Of a stretch of DNA of 64,000 nt, positions 9,410 through 19,033 are shown piece by piece. The position numbers and the translations under genes were made by a program. Positions within the stretch are counted from its first letter, which is position 1. Each line of letters opens with the position of its first letter. The stretch comes from Candidatus Latescibacterota bacterium (GTDB lineage Bacteria > Latescibacterota > UBA2968 > UBA8231). The stretch is taken from NCBI GenBank assembly GCA_965217585.1, contig OZ244561.1, positions 2,912,001-2,976,000 on the forward strand. Direction: 5' to 3'. The notes beneath the pieces are model-generated. The model had not been told where the DNA came from, searched no databases, and saw only the letters and a list, made by a program, of their open reading frames with translations.

Positions 9410-9669
9410 CGTGGGCAGGCGTCATGTGGTGCCTCACTCCGCTTCGCTCCGGGTTCGGAAACGTGAGAGCCTCTACACGAAAGTGCGCCCCGGCCCATCT
9501 CCTGCGCTAGCACGGTGTTCTGACGCCTCGTGCCCGAGATCGCGACCGCCATCGTGTCGGGGCAGCCGTCGGCTGCGGAGCGCGATTCGAGGGCTTTCTC
9601 CTGCGGTCATCGGCTGCGGTGGGCGGCCCTGCTTGCCCGCGTTGAAAATTAGTGGGAACTGACTTTCGC

Positions 9670-9924
9670 TTAAGCGGCTGTATTCTGTTTGATCTCCCAA
9701 CCGACCAAAACAGCCGGATGGCACTGCAGGGCTTGCGCTAGCACTTTGGCGCGTTCAACCCCAAGCTGTACGCGGTTATTTTCTATGGCTGAAATAGTAG
9801 ATTGAGGAATGCTAGTGCGCCGGGCGAGTTCATTCTGGCTAGGCTCCTGAAGCTCGCGGATAATACGGACGGACTCACCTACAGATACTTCAATCTGCTT
9901 CTTGGCGCGACGATAATTTTTCAT
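9670..9924 (-). CDS. XRE-family HTH protein (HigA-like antitoxin, no adjacent toxin)
   Basis: SQNELARRTSIPQSTISAIENNR HTH. Confidence 0.85.
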   Translation of the reverse strand: MKNYRRAKKQIEVSVGESVRIIRELQEPSQNELARRTSIPQSTISAIENNRVQLGVERAKVLAQALQCHPAVLVGWEIKQNTAA

Positions 9925-9930
9925 GTCGGT

Positions 9931-10440
9931 TTATTTTTTGCGGTCCTTGTAGCGGCGGCCCCTGTCTTCGACGCGGCGTTCGCGCACTAATTCCATTACC
10001 GGGACGCCGTAGCCGCAACTAGTGCCGGTCAGTTCGACTTCGACTTCGATTACATGGCGTTTGGTGCGCAGGTGTTCGGACTCCGTTTGCAGCAGCAATG
10101 CGGCGTGGGGCGATTCTTCGAGCGGGGTGGCCGTGGCTTTGCCGTAGAGGCGGATGATGCCGGCGTCTTCTCCTGCAAAAGAACAGACCATGACAGTGAT
10201 CGGGCCGCCGGCCGTCGCGTGACGCACTGTTTCATTGCCACTGCCCAAGTAGTCGAGGAAGGCCACTCGGTTGGGATCAATTATGTGTAGCGGCACGCCG
10301 CCCTTGGGCGAGAGATTGACCGGGCCGATGCCTTCGGGACCGGGCGCGAGCGCGGGATCGGCGGAGGCGACGAAAAACAATGGCGCGTTGCGGATCAGCG
10401 CAGCTTGGTCGTCGGTGATGGAGGGATAGTAGGTGGCCAT
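9931..10440 (-). CDS. Pyridoxamine 5'-phosphate oxidase-family FMN-binding protein
   Basis: PLFFVASA, NLSPKG, FLDYLGSGNET, TSCGYGVP. Confidence 0.9.
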   Translation of the reverse strand: MATYYPSITDDQAALIRNAPLFFVASADPALAPGPEGIGPVNLSPKGGVPLHIIDPNRVAFLDYLGSGNETVRHATAGGPITVMVCSFAGEDAGIIRLYGKATATPLEESPHAALLLQTESEHLRTKRHVIEVEVELTGTSCGYGVPVMELVRERRVEDRGRRYKDRKK

Positions 10441-10497
10441 AGATCTTTTCCTCGTTGGGAGCTAGGTCCTGCGGTTTGCAGCAGTTGGTTGTACTCG

Positions 10498-12276
10498 CTA
10501 GATGAGCGCTTCGTTGTATTGCAATTGATGCAGGCGGGCGTAGATGCCGTCTTGGGCTAGAAGCTCTTCGTGACGGCCTTCTTCGCGCAACTCGCCCCGA
10601 TGCAGCACGAGGATTTTGTCGGCGCTGCGGATGGTGGACAGGCGGTGGGCAATGACGATGGAGGTGCGGTCGCGCATCAGTTTTTCCACGGCCTCTTGGA
10701 TCCAGCCTTCGGTCTCGGTGTCGATGTGGGCGGTGGCTTCGTCCAGCACCAGAATGTCCGGGTCCGCGGCTAGGGCGCGGGCAAAGGACAAGAGTTGGCG
10801 TTGGCCGGCAGACAGGGTCGCGCCGCGCTCCTGCACCTCGTGCTGGTAGGTGTTGGGCAGGCGGTCGATAAAGCGGTCGGCGTTGACATAGCGGGCCGTC
10901 TGCGCGACTGCCTCATCCGACAGCTCGGGAGCACCGAGGCGGATGTTGCTGGCAATGTCGCCGGCAAAGAGAAAGACGTCCTGCTGCACCAAACCGAAGC
11001 GCCGCCGCAGTGCTTCCACATTCCACTCGCGGATGTCGATGCCATCGACCAAGATCTGCCCCCGTTGAATCTCGTAAAAGCGGCACAGCAAGCTGATGAT
11101 GGTAGTCTTGCCCGAGCCGGTGGCCCCGACTAACGCCAAGCTCTGGCCCGGCTCGGCGCAGAAGGAAACGTCGCGCAGGACCCATTCTTCTTCTTCATAA
11201 GCAAACCACACGTGGCGGAATTCGATGGCCCCTGCGACGCGCTCCCGACGCACGGGACCGCCGATCGGCTCTGGCTCGGCGTCAATCAGTTCAAAGATGC
11301 GCTCGGAAGAGGCCATGGCCACCTGCACGGTAGCGTATTCCTCGGCGAGGTTGCGGATGGGCATGAAGAAGCGGGGCACGTATTGCAGCATGGCCACCAA
11401 AACGCCCCAGGCGATTTCCTCGCGCAACACTTGGCCGACGCCGTACCACAGCACCAGCGCCATCAGCGCGGCACCGCACAATTCCATAAAGGGGAAGTAA
11501 GCCGAGTGGTACAGGGTGCGCACCAAGCGGGCGTCGAGGTATTCGTCGGTACCTTGGTTAAAGCGGCGGGCGCTGCGCGGCTCGCAGTTGAACAGTTTTA
11601 CTACTTCTATACCCGACAAGGTTTCCTGCAAATCGGCGCTGAAGCGGGCAAAACGGGTGCGGGCTTGGCGGAAGGCGTGGTAGGTGCGGTTTTGCAGCCA
11701 CAGGGTGGCGGCAAAGGCGACGGGCAAAAAGGCGCAGGTGATCAGACCCAGTTTGACGTCGAGATAGTAGAAGATGTAAAACAGGATAGAGGCGATGGTG
11801 ACGGCTTCGGTCACTAGGGAGACCGCGCCGTAGGTGAAGAATTCGTTGAGCGCATCGACATCGCTGGTATTGCGGGCCATCAGCCGGCCGATGGGAGTGC
11901 GGTCGAAGAATTTGAGCGGCAGGCGCTGTAGGCAGGTGAAAATGTTCAAGCGCACGTCGCGCATGGTCCACTGGCCGACCATGCTGGTGATCCAGCTCTG
12001 GGCGTAGCCGATGGCGAATTGGGCGACCAACAGCGCGGCAAAGAGCAGGACGAGTTCTCCCAAGCCGTCCAGATCGCCGGGCACGATATGCTCGTCAACG
12101 GCTATTTTGGTCAGCACGGGACCGGCTTGGCGGGCCAGTGAGGCGGCGAGGATGAGCAACAAGGTCGAGACGGCCCAAGGCAAATAAGGCCGCAAAAAAC
12201 CCAACAGCCTAGCCATTAGGCGCAAGTCAATGGACTTTTTGTCTGTTTCTTGCTCGTCGCGGATGGTCGGCGGCAT
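10498..12276 (-). CDS. ABC exporter, fused permease/ATPase (MdlB-like half)
   Basis: N-terminal TM domain, GATGSGKTT, LSAGQRQ, LVLDEAT, IAHRLST. Confidence 0.95.
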   Translation of the reverse strand: MPPTIRDEQETDKKSIDLRLMARLLGFLRPYLPWAVSTLLLILAASLARQAGPVLTKIAVDEHIVPGDLDGLGELVLLFAALLVAQFAIGYAQSWITSMVGQWTMRDVRLNIFTCLQRLPLKFFDRTPIGRLMARNTSDVDALNEFFTYGAVSLVTEAVTIASILFYIFYYLDVKLGLITCAFLPVAFAATLWLQNRTYHAFRQARTRFARFSADLQETLSGIEVVKLFNCEPRSARRFNQGTDEYLDARLVRTLYHSAYFPFMELCGAALMALVLWYGVGQVLREEIAWGVLVAMLQYVPRFFMPIRNLAEEYATVQVAMASSERIFELIDAEPEPIGGPVRRERVAGAIEFRHVWFAYEEEEWVLRDVSFCAEPGQSLALVGATGSGKTTIISLLCRFYEIQRGQILVDGIDIREWNVEALRRRFGLVQQDVFLFAGDIASNIRLGAPELSDEAVAQTARYVNADRFIDRLPNTYQHEVQERGATLSAGQRQLLSFARALAADPDILVLDEATAHIDTETEGWIQEAVEKLMRDRTSIVIAHRLSTIRSADKILVLHRGELREEGRHEELLAQDGIYARLHQLQYNEALI

Positions 12277-14021
12277 TAGAGGTCGCTCAATTCCTCGGTG
12301 AGGTGCTGGCGGCGATACATATCGGCGTACAGGCCATCGCGTTCGAGCAATTGGTCGTGGGTGCCCTCTTCGATGATGCGCCCTTCGTCGAGCACGATGA
12401 TGTGATCCGCGGCCATGACGGTAGAGATGCGATGGGCGATGAGGATGGTGGTGCGCTCGGCCATGATGTCGCGCAGACGATTGAGGATTTGCTCTTCGGT
12501 GCGGGTATCGACGCTGGCCAAGGAGTCGTCGAGGATGAGAATTTTCGGTTGCCGCACCACCGAACGGGCCAAGGCCGTGCGCTGCTTCTGGCCGCCCGAC
12601 AAGGTGACGCCGCGCTCGCCGACGATGGTTCCTAGCCCTTGGGGAAAGGTCTTGAGGTCCGCGGCTAGTTGGGCTACCTCGATAGCGCGTTCGACCTCGT
12701 CCGGGGTGGCCAAGTCGAGGGCGATGTTGTCGCGGATGCTCTCGGAGAACAGGAAGGTGTCCTGCGGCACGTAGCCGATGGCGTCGCGGAAGGCACGCAG
12801 CGGCATTTGTTCAATGGGTTTGCCGTCGATGAAAATCTGCCCCTCGCCGGCTTGGATGAGGCGGGGGATGAGCCGGGCCAGCGTGCTTTTGCCCGAGCCG
12901 ACCCGGCCGACGATGGCCAGGGTGCTACCAGCCGGAATGTGGACATCTATATCGCGCAGCACGGCTTGGCCATTGTATGCAAAGGAGGCGCGGCGGAATT
13001 CGATTTCGCCTTTGATCGCTAAGTCGTCGTCTTGGTGGTGGTCGGCTTGGGGCTCTTCTTTAAGCACGGCCTCAATGCGCAGCATGGAAGCCATGGCGCG
13101 CTGGTATTCATCGACGATGCGGCCCATCATCATCATCGGGCGGCTCATGCGGATCAAGTAGGCATTGAAGGCGACAAAGGCCCCTAGGGTGAGCGCCCCT
13201 TCGACGACGCGGATGCCGCCCAGCCACAGGATGAACACCATCGACAGGCCGCTGATGAGGAAGGTGAAGGGGAAAAACGTGCTGTAGAGGTAGATCAGGC
13301 GGCGGTTGCGCTCGACGTACTCGTCGTTGAGTCGGGTGAAGTGGTCGATCTCGCCGAGGCGGCGGGCAAATGCCTTGACCACGCGCATGCCCGAGAGGTT
13401 TTCCTGCAAGCAGGTGCTAATGGCGGCAAATTGCTCTTGGACCACGCGATAGCGCCGGCGCACTTTGCCGCCCACGAAGCGCAAAATCACGGTCATAACG
13501 GGCATAGGCAACAAGGCGTAGAGGGTCAGTTGCCAGTCGTACAGGCACATGGCCACCATACTCAAGCTGAAGCCGAGCAGGGCGCTGAGGAACATGCGGA
13601 AGCCGTGGCTGAGGTAGCGCTGCACGGCTTCGACGTCGTTGGTCGCCCGGGCCATCAAATCGCCGGTGCGGGCCTGTTGGAAATAGCCGAGGGGCAAGGT
13701 GAGCAGGTGGGCGAAATAGCGCTGGCGGATGTCGCGCTCGACGCGGTACGAGGTGGAGGCCAAGTGCCAGCGCATGCCGAAGGCCATGCACCACTGCGCT
13801 ACTCCGAGCACGACGATGAGGGCGGCGTAGTGCGTTAGAAAAGTCAGGTCCGGTGTGGTTTGATCTAAGCTGGCTCGGGCTTGGTCAATGGCGCGTTCGA
13901 GAATGAGGGGGATAGAGACGGAGATGAGCTGTTCGCCTAGCAAAAAGGCTAGGCCGACGGCTAAGGCCCAGCGATAGGGACGGAGGTAGACGGCGAACGG
14001 TTTGAAGGGATTCAGGCTCAT
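12276..14021 (-). CDS. ABC exporter, fused permease/ATPase (MdlA-like half)
   Basis: GRVGSGKST, LSGGQKQR, LILDDSLASVD (degenerate Walker B typical of heterodimeric exporters); coupled to the next gene. Confidence 0.95.
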   Translation of the reverse strand: MSLNPFKPFAVYLRPYRWALAVGLAFLLGEQLISVSIPLILERAIDQARASLDQTTPDLTFLTHYAALIVVLGVAQWCMAFGMRWHLASTSYRVERDIRQRYFAHLLTLPLGYFQQARTGDLMARATNDVEAVQRYLSHGFRMFLSALLGFSLSMVAMCLYDWQLTLYALLPMPVMTVILRFVGGKVRRRYRVVQEQFAAISTCLQENLSGMRVVKAFARRLGEIDHFTRLNDEYVERNRRLIYLYSTFFPFTFLISGLSMVFILWLGGIRVVEGALTLGAFVAFNAYLIRMSRPMMMMGRIVDEYQRAMASMLRIEAVLKEEPQADHHQDDDLAIKGEIEFRRASFAYNGQAVLRDIDVHIPAGSTLAIVGRVGSGKSTLARLIPRLIQAGEGQIFIDGKPIEQMPLRAFRDAIGYVPQDTFLFSESIRDNIALDLATPDEVERAIEVAQLAADLKTFPQGLGTIVGERGVTLSGGQKQRTALARSVVRQPKILILDDSLASVDTRTEEQILNRLRDIMAERTTILIAHRISTVMAADHIIVLDEGRIIEEGTHDQLLERDGLYADMYRRQHLTEELSDL

Positions 14022-14137
14022 GCGCTGTTTGGTGGACTGCTAAGACCCTACTTAGACTATACATGTTTACAAACCATGTCAAAGTAAGCGGGCGTTTTTG
14101 ATTGTTACTCAAAAACGCTGTGAGAAGGATGACGGAG

Positions 14138-14809
14138 ATGAGAAGTAGCCACGTAGATCTCTACAATCACGACGAGGATGCTGCCACGTATGATCAGGAT
14201 GTGCTCAGGTCTGAGGACCCTATTCGGGAGGGCTATGCCGAGGTCCTTGACTGGGTCGCGCAGAACGCGGGTATCACCGAGGACTCAGCCGTTGTGGAGC
14301 TTGGCTCTGGGACTGGAAATTTGACCGCTCGCTTACCCCCGTGCCGGTCTCTTGTTTGTGTCGATGTCTCTGGCGAAATGAGTAAGATCGCCAAACAAAA
14401 GCTCTGTGGCGTATCCCATATTTCGTATGTGCAAGCAGATATACTGGAGTACTTCGACGCCGATCCTCCTCCATTTGATGTGGCGATTAGTACGTACGTC
14501 GTCCATCATCTCACTCAGCAGGAGAAAGAACTGCTATTTAACCAGCTCGTGCGACGGCTATTGCCTGGGGGGTGTGCTCTATTTGGGGATCTAATGTTGG
14601 AGAGCGCACAGGAGGAGAGGATTTTGATTGATCACTATCGTTCCATTGGTGACGACGCTACAGCAACCGCCATCGAAGAAGAGTTTTTCTGGCACGTCGA
14701 TGCGTCCGTCGGCTACCTGCGCGGTTTGGGTCTTTCCGTAGAGACGACCAGATTCTCCGCTTTGTCTTGGGGAATCAAGATTCATGTGCCGAGGGTCGCT
14801 GGCGTATAA
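14138..14809 (+). CDS. Class I SAM-dependent methyltransferase
   Basis: VVELGSGTG motif I, VDVS, FDVAISTYVVHH; start 14129 or 14138. Confidence 0.9.
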   Translation: MRSSHVDLYNHDEDAATYDQDVLRSEDPIREGYAEVLDWVAQNAGITEDSAVVELGSGTGNLTARLPPCRSLVCVDVSGEMSKIAKQKLCGVSHISYVQADILEYFDADPPPFDVAISTYVVHHLTQQEKELLFNQLVRRLLPGGCALFGDLMLESAQEERILIDHYRSIGDDATATAIEEEFFWHVDASVGYLRGLGLSVETTRFSALSWGIKIHVPRVAGV

Positions 14810-14850
14810 CACATCGGTGAAAGCCCCCTCGCCGAGCACTTCGATGCTCC

Positions 14851-16677
14851 TTACCCGGCGGCCCGTTGACTATCCAGCAAAAAGCCTTCGGCTTGCATAT
14901 TGAACAGCTCGGCGTAGAGTCCGTCTTGGGCCATCAGCTCTCGGTGGCTGCCGTGCTCGGCAATGCGCCCCTGCTGAAATACGTAGATCGTATCCGCCAT
15001 GCGGACGGTCGAGAAGCGGTGCGAGATGAGGATCGTGGTCTTGCCGGCGGTCAGTTCGAGGAAGCGTTGGAAAATGTCGTATTCGGCGCGGGCATCGAGG
15101 ACGCTGGTCGGCTCGTCCAAAACGAGAATGTCGGATTGGCGGAAAAAGGCGCGCGCTAAGGCGATCTTCTGCCACTGTCCGCCCGACAGGTCCGTGCCGC
15201 GCTCGAACCAGGAGCCGATGCGGGTCTGATAGCCGTCGTCCAGTGTCTCGATGAATTCGCGCAAGCCGGCTTTCTCGGCCGCGGCTGCGATGCCGTCCAA
15301 ATCGTCGAGCCGCTCGTATTGCGCGTAGCCGATGTTCTCGGCGACCGTCCCGTGGTAGCGCATATAGTCCTGAAAGATGACGCCAAAGCGCTGGCGATAC
15401 GTTTCCACGTTGTATTCGCGCAGGTCGCGGTCGCCGAGGTGAATTTGTCCTGCGGTCGGATCGTAGAGCCGGGTCAGCAGCTTTACAAAGGTCGTCTTGC
15501 CAGAGCCGTTCTCGCCCACCAGCGCAATGCGCTCGCCGGGCCGAATGGTCAGTGACACCCCTTCAATTGCGGGTTTGTCGCTCGTCGGATAGGTCAGAGA
15601 GACGTCTTCGAACACAATGCCCGAGCCGAGATCGGTCGGTACTGCGGGGAGGTTCGGTTCGGGCTTAATTTGCGGCTGTATGTCGAGAAAGGCTTGGTAG
15701 CCCTGAATGCCTTCGAGCGAGCGTTCCCAAGCCCACGCCATCCTGGAAATGCCCGACACGGCCTGCTGAGCAATGAAGACGACGACAAGGGACATAAAGG
15801 CCAGTCCCAAGGAGATCTCCTTGGTCATTACTTGCCCGACGAGCCAGTAGCCAAAACCAAGGGCGATTGCTAGGAAAGGCAGGTAGAAAACCAAGTTTCT
15901 GGCTGCATTTCCGATGGTGAATAATCCCCTACTGTAGAACCGTTCGGCCGCCTCCTCGGCCATGCCTTTGAAATAGGGGATGAGACCAAACAGACGGATC
16001 TCTTTGGCCGGATGCTGGCCCGAGAGCAGGTGCTCAAGGTTGGCTTTGAGCGTAAATTCCTCATCTTGTAATTTCTTCTGCGGCCGAGTCAGCCATTGGA
16101 CGAGGTTCACGACCAGCAGGGCCGCTCCAGCCGCAAAGATCGGCCAGCCGATCAAGGAACAGAGAACCACTAGCCCCACCGCCTCGACGCCAAGAAAAAT
16201 GAAGTGATAGATCGAATCCATCACCCCGCAGACGGTGTAATCGAGTGCGTTCCGGTTCTCCAGCAGCTTCCGTTCGCCCGCAGCTTCGATCTCCGCCAAG
16301 TCGAGTTCCGCAGATTTGGTGATGAATTCGCGCTGCAAAAGTAGGTTGAGATGAAATCCCGCCCGCGAACCTAGCCAAGAGGAGATCTGTCGCCCGACAG
16401 CCTCCGTCGCCAGCAGCCCCCCGGCCAGCAGCGCCAGCCGAGTCAGCATCTGTTCGCTTTGCTGCGGATCCTCAAGTGCCACCATGAGCCAGTCTACCCC
16501 CCACCAGATGGCAACGCAGCGCAAGATGGCAAACAGTCCTTGGACTGCCGAGAAAACGGCGCGGGCTACAAATAGAGCGGGAGAGGCTTCCCGCGACTTG
16601 TTGGTCGTCCACCGCATCACGTACAGCCATTCGTCTATTTTGTTCTTGAACGACTGCGGAAGTCTTATCATTGTCAT
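14851..16677 (-). CDS. ABC exporter, fused permease/ATPase
   Basis: GENGSGKTT, LSGGQWQK, LVLDEPT, ISHRFST; AGGAG RBS before 16677. Confidence 0.95.
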   Translation of the reverse strand: MTMIRLPQSFKNKIDEWLYVMRWTTNKSREASPALFVARAVFSAVQGLFAILRCVAIWWGVDWLMVALEDPQQSEQMLTRLALLAGGLLATEAVGRQISSWLGSRAGFHLNLLLQREFITKSAELDLAEIEAAGERKLLENRNALDYTVCGVMDSIYHFIFLGVEAVGLVVLCSLIGWPIFAAGAALLVVNLVQWLTRPQKKLQDEEFTLKANLEHLLSGQHPAKEIRLFGLIPYFKGMAEEAAERFYSRGLFTIGNAARNLVFYLPFLAIALGFGYWLVGQVMTKEISLGLAFMSLVVVFIAQQAVSGISRMAWAWERSLEGIQGYQAFLDIQPQIKPEPNLPAVPTDLGSGIVFEDVSLTYPTSDKPAIEGVSLTIRPGERIALVGENGSGKTTFVKLLTRLYDPTAGQIHLGDRDLREYNVETYRQRFGVIFQDYMRYHGTVAENIGYAQYERLDDLDGIAAAAEKAGLREFIETLDDGYQTRIGSWFERGTDLSGGQWQKIALARAFFRQSDILVLDEPTSVLDARAEYDIFQRFLELTAGKTTILISHRFSTVRMADTIYVFQQGRIAEHGSHRELMAQDGLYAELFNMQAEGFLLDSQRAAG

Positions 16678-16745
16678 GGGTCGGTCTCCTGTTGACAGCA
16701 TAGCCAGGCAAAGGCCGAGTTGCGGTTTACGAGGGACGTTGAATT

Positions 16746-16844
16746 TTAGCGCGTGTCGCCGCTTTCCAAATCGTCGAGCATCTGTTGTATTGTCACCTGT
16801 AGAGTAGGTAGCCGCAGCGTAACCCGATAGTCATGCTTGCTCAT
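16746..16844 (-). pseudogene. Internally deleted HEPN (DUF86-type) toxin gene, 32-aa remnant
   Basis: MSKHDYRVTLR|LPTLQVTIQQMLDDLESGDTR*; start overlaps the 3' end of the MNT gene as in MNT-HEPN operons. Confidence 0.6.
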
Positions 16845-17139
16845 AGAGCGGCAGCATCTCCTGACGGACAAGGGGTTCTAGCCACCGGTTCAGCCCTGAA
16901 AACAGATCGACCTTGTGTCCTAGGATATTCTCCAACTCTTCATGCCATATAAAAAATTCCCAGCCCGGGGTCTGCCCAGGCAAAAACTCCACTAGAACAT
17001 CCACGTCGCTGCGAACCGGATCAAAATCATCCCGCAGGACCGAGCCAAATAGACTCAGCCGGCCTATCCCGTGCGTACGGCAGAAGACGGCGATTTTTTT
17101 CTGATCAATTTTGATGGGTAAATTTTTAGCTGACGCCAT
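16831..17139 (-). CDS. Minimal nucleotidyltransferase (MntA-type antitoxin)
   Basis: LSLFGSVLRDDF..RSDVDVLVEF, ILGHKVDL. Confidence 0.9.
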   Translation of the reverse strand: MASAKNLPIKIDQKKIAVFCRTHGIGRLSLFGSVLRDDFDPVRSDVDVLVEFLPGQTPGWEFFIWHEELENILGHKVDLFSGLNRWLEPLVRQEMLPLYEQA

Positions 17140-17186
17140 AACGGGAATTATAGACAGGGTTCTTTGATAGTGGCAAGTACGATTGC

Positions 17187-18089
17187 TTACCCCTTCACCG
17201 CCCCTAGCTGAATCCCGCTGATAAACCACCGCTGAAAAAAGACGAAAACCGCGATCATCGGCACGAGCATCAGCACCGACCCCGCGCAAATCAGCCCGTA
17301 GTCGTTGACATAGAGATCCGACAGCTTGGCCAAGCCCACCGGCAGCACCATCATCGAATCCGAATCCGTCATAATCAGCGGCCAGAGAAAGGCCCGCCAA
17401 CGCCCGAGGAAGGTAAAGATCGCCAGGGCCCCCAGCGCCGGCTTGGACAGCGGCACCACCACGTGCCAAAACACGCCCCACGCCGAGCATCCGTCGATGA
17501 GCGCCGCCTCCTCGATCTCGCGCGAAATGCTCAGCAAAAACTGCCGCAGCATGAACGTCCCATAGGCACTAAAACACCCCGGTGCGATGAGTGCGAAGAA
17601 ACTGTCCAGTCCCACTGGATGGCCGATATAATGACTCCCTAAGTAGAGGAAACCGCTAAAAAAATCCGTTGCTAACACCACGTTCAGGAATTCGGGGATC
17701 TTCTTCATCAGCACGAATTGCGGGATCATCAGCACGTCGGCCGGAATCATCATCGTCGATAGATAGCCGAGAAAGAGCACGTCGCGGCCCCGGAACTGCA
17801 AGCGGGCAAAGGCGTACGCCGCTAGTGCGCTGGTGGCGACTTGGACCACGGTAACTGCGGTGGCGATGAACAGCGAATTGGCGTAGTAGCGGAGGAAGGA
17901 GAAGGCGTGGAACACGCCGGTGTAGTTGTCCGTTGTCCAGCGCGGCGGAATCCACCCGAGCGTCACATCGACGTTGTATTTGAAGGAAGTGAGCAGGGTC
18001 CACACCAGCGGCACCACCATGCCACTGAGTACGAGTAGCAAGATCGCATAGATGAAGACGGTTGATTGGTACTGACGCCAGCGCACCAT
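17187..18089 (-). CDS. Carbohydrate ABC transporter permease (MalG-like)
   Basis: NSLFIA, AAYAFARLQF, EIEEAALIDG EAA loop, FQRWFISGI..GAVKG. Confidence 0.95.
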   Translation of the reverse strand: MVRWRQYQSTVFIYAILLLVLSGMVVPLVWTLLTSFKYNVDVTLGWIPPRWTTDNYTGVFHAFSFLRYYANSLFIATAVTVVQVATSALAAYAFARLQFRGRDVLFLGYLSTMMIPADVLMIPQFVLMKKIPEFLNVVLATDFFSGFLYLGSHYIGHPVGLDSFFALIAPGCFSAYGTFMLRQFLLSISREIEEAALIDGCSAWGVFWHVVVPLSKPALGALAIFTFLGRWRAFLWPLIMTDSDSMMVLPVGLAKLSDLYVNDYGLICAGSVLMLVPMIAVFVFFQRWFISGIQLGAVKG

Positions 18090-19033
18090 TAGATGGCCTC
18101 CAGCCGCTTGCCGCCGTAGCGCCAGTTGAGCAAAGTCGCCGCGAAAATCAGCGCGAAGAGCACCATTGAAATCGCCGCGGCGTACCCTACTTCTAGCTGC
18201 TCGTAAGCTTGGGTGTAGATGTAGTAGCTCATGGTGGTCGTCGATCCCTCGGGGCCGCCCCCGGTCATTACATAAGCAGCCTCAAAGCCGCCTTGCAGAC
18301 CACCGATTACGCTGGTGACGAGGATGAAAAACGTCGTGGGCGCTAGCTGCGGCACAGTGATGTGAATGAGTTGTGCCCACCAGCCCGCTCCGTCCATTTC
18401 AGCGGCCTCGTAGAGCTCGAGCGGGATGTTTTGCAAGCCGGCTAGGTAGAGAACCATGTTGTAGCCGCCGACGCTGGCCCAGATAAACATGATGATCAAC
18501 GCGGGCTTGGCCCAAGCCGCGTCGATGAGCCACCCCGGCAGGAGCGCGGCGGCCTGCTCGGGTGCGATCCCCAACACCCCAAAGACCTGCCACAAAAGCC
18601 CGTTGACGATGCCGACGTTGGGTTCGTAGGTCAGGAGCATCTTCCAGACCATATAGATGGCGATGCCCGTACACAGGTGGGGAATAAAGAATAGGGTGCG
18701 GAAGAAGATGCGGCCGGGCAGTTCTTTGTTTAACAGCACGGCCAAGAGCAGGGAGCCGACCATGGCGAGCGGGATGTTGAGCATCAAAAAGAGCGTGTTG
18801 CCGAGGTACTTCCAAAAGTATGGGTCGCGCGCCACCCACTCGCCGTCGGTCTTTTTGAAGAGCACTAGATCCGCAAAGTTATCCAGCCCGATGAAGACGG
18901 GTGCGCCCGAGGCGAGCTGATAGCGGTAGAAGCCCATGCCCGCAGCCACTATGACCGGCCCGAGCGCAAAGATGAGAAAGCCGACGAAATTGGGCAGCAG
19001 AAAGAAGAAGGCGGCTTTGTTTTGGTTCTTCAT
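18089..19033 (-). CDS. Carbohydrate ABC transporter permease (MalF-like)
   Basis: FIGLDNF, YLAGLQNIPLELYEAAEMDGA, GYAAAISMVLF; start MKNQNK at 19033. Confidence 0.95.
   Translation of the reverse strand: MKNQNKAAFFFLLPNFVGFLIFALGPVIVAAGMGFYRYQLASGAPVFIGLDNFADLVLFKKTDGEWVARDPYFWKYLGNTLFLMLNIPLAMVGSLLLAVLLNKELPGRIFFRTLFFIPHLCTGIAIYMVWKMLLTYEPNVGIVNGLLWQVFGVLGIAPEQAAALLPGWLIDAAWAKPALIIMFIWASVGGYNMVLYLAGLQNIPLELYEAAEMDGAGWWAQLIHITVPQLAPTTFFILVTSVIGGLQGGFEAAYVMTGGGPEGSTTTMSYYIYTQAYEQLEVGYAAAISMVLFALIFAATLLNWRYGGKRLEAI

Noticed and set aside
7435-9994. Three similar sequences as a CRISPR array
   Set aside because: The units are 54-85 bp coding gene tails separated by ~1-1.4 kb of genes; no regular spacers and no cas genes
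17140-17490. N-terminal extension of the MNT ORF
   Set aside because: Alternate-frame overlap with the permease gene; MNT similarity begins at 17139
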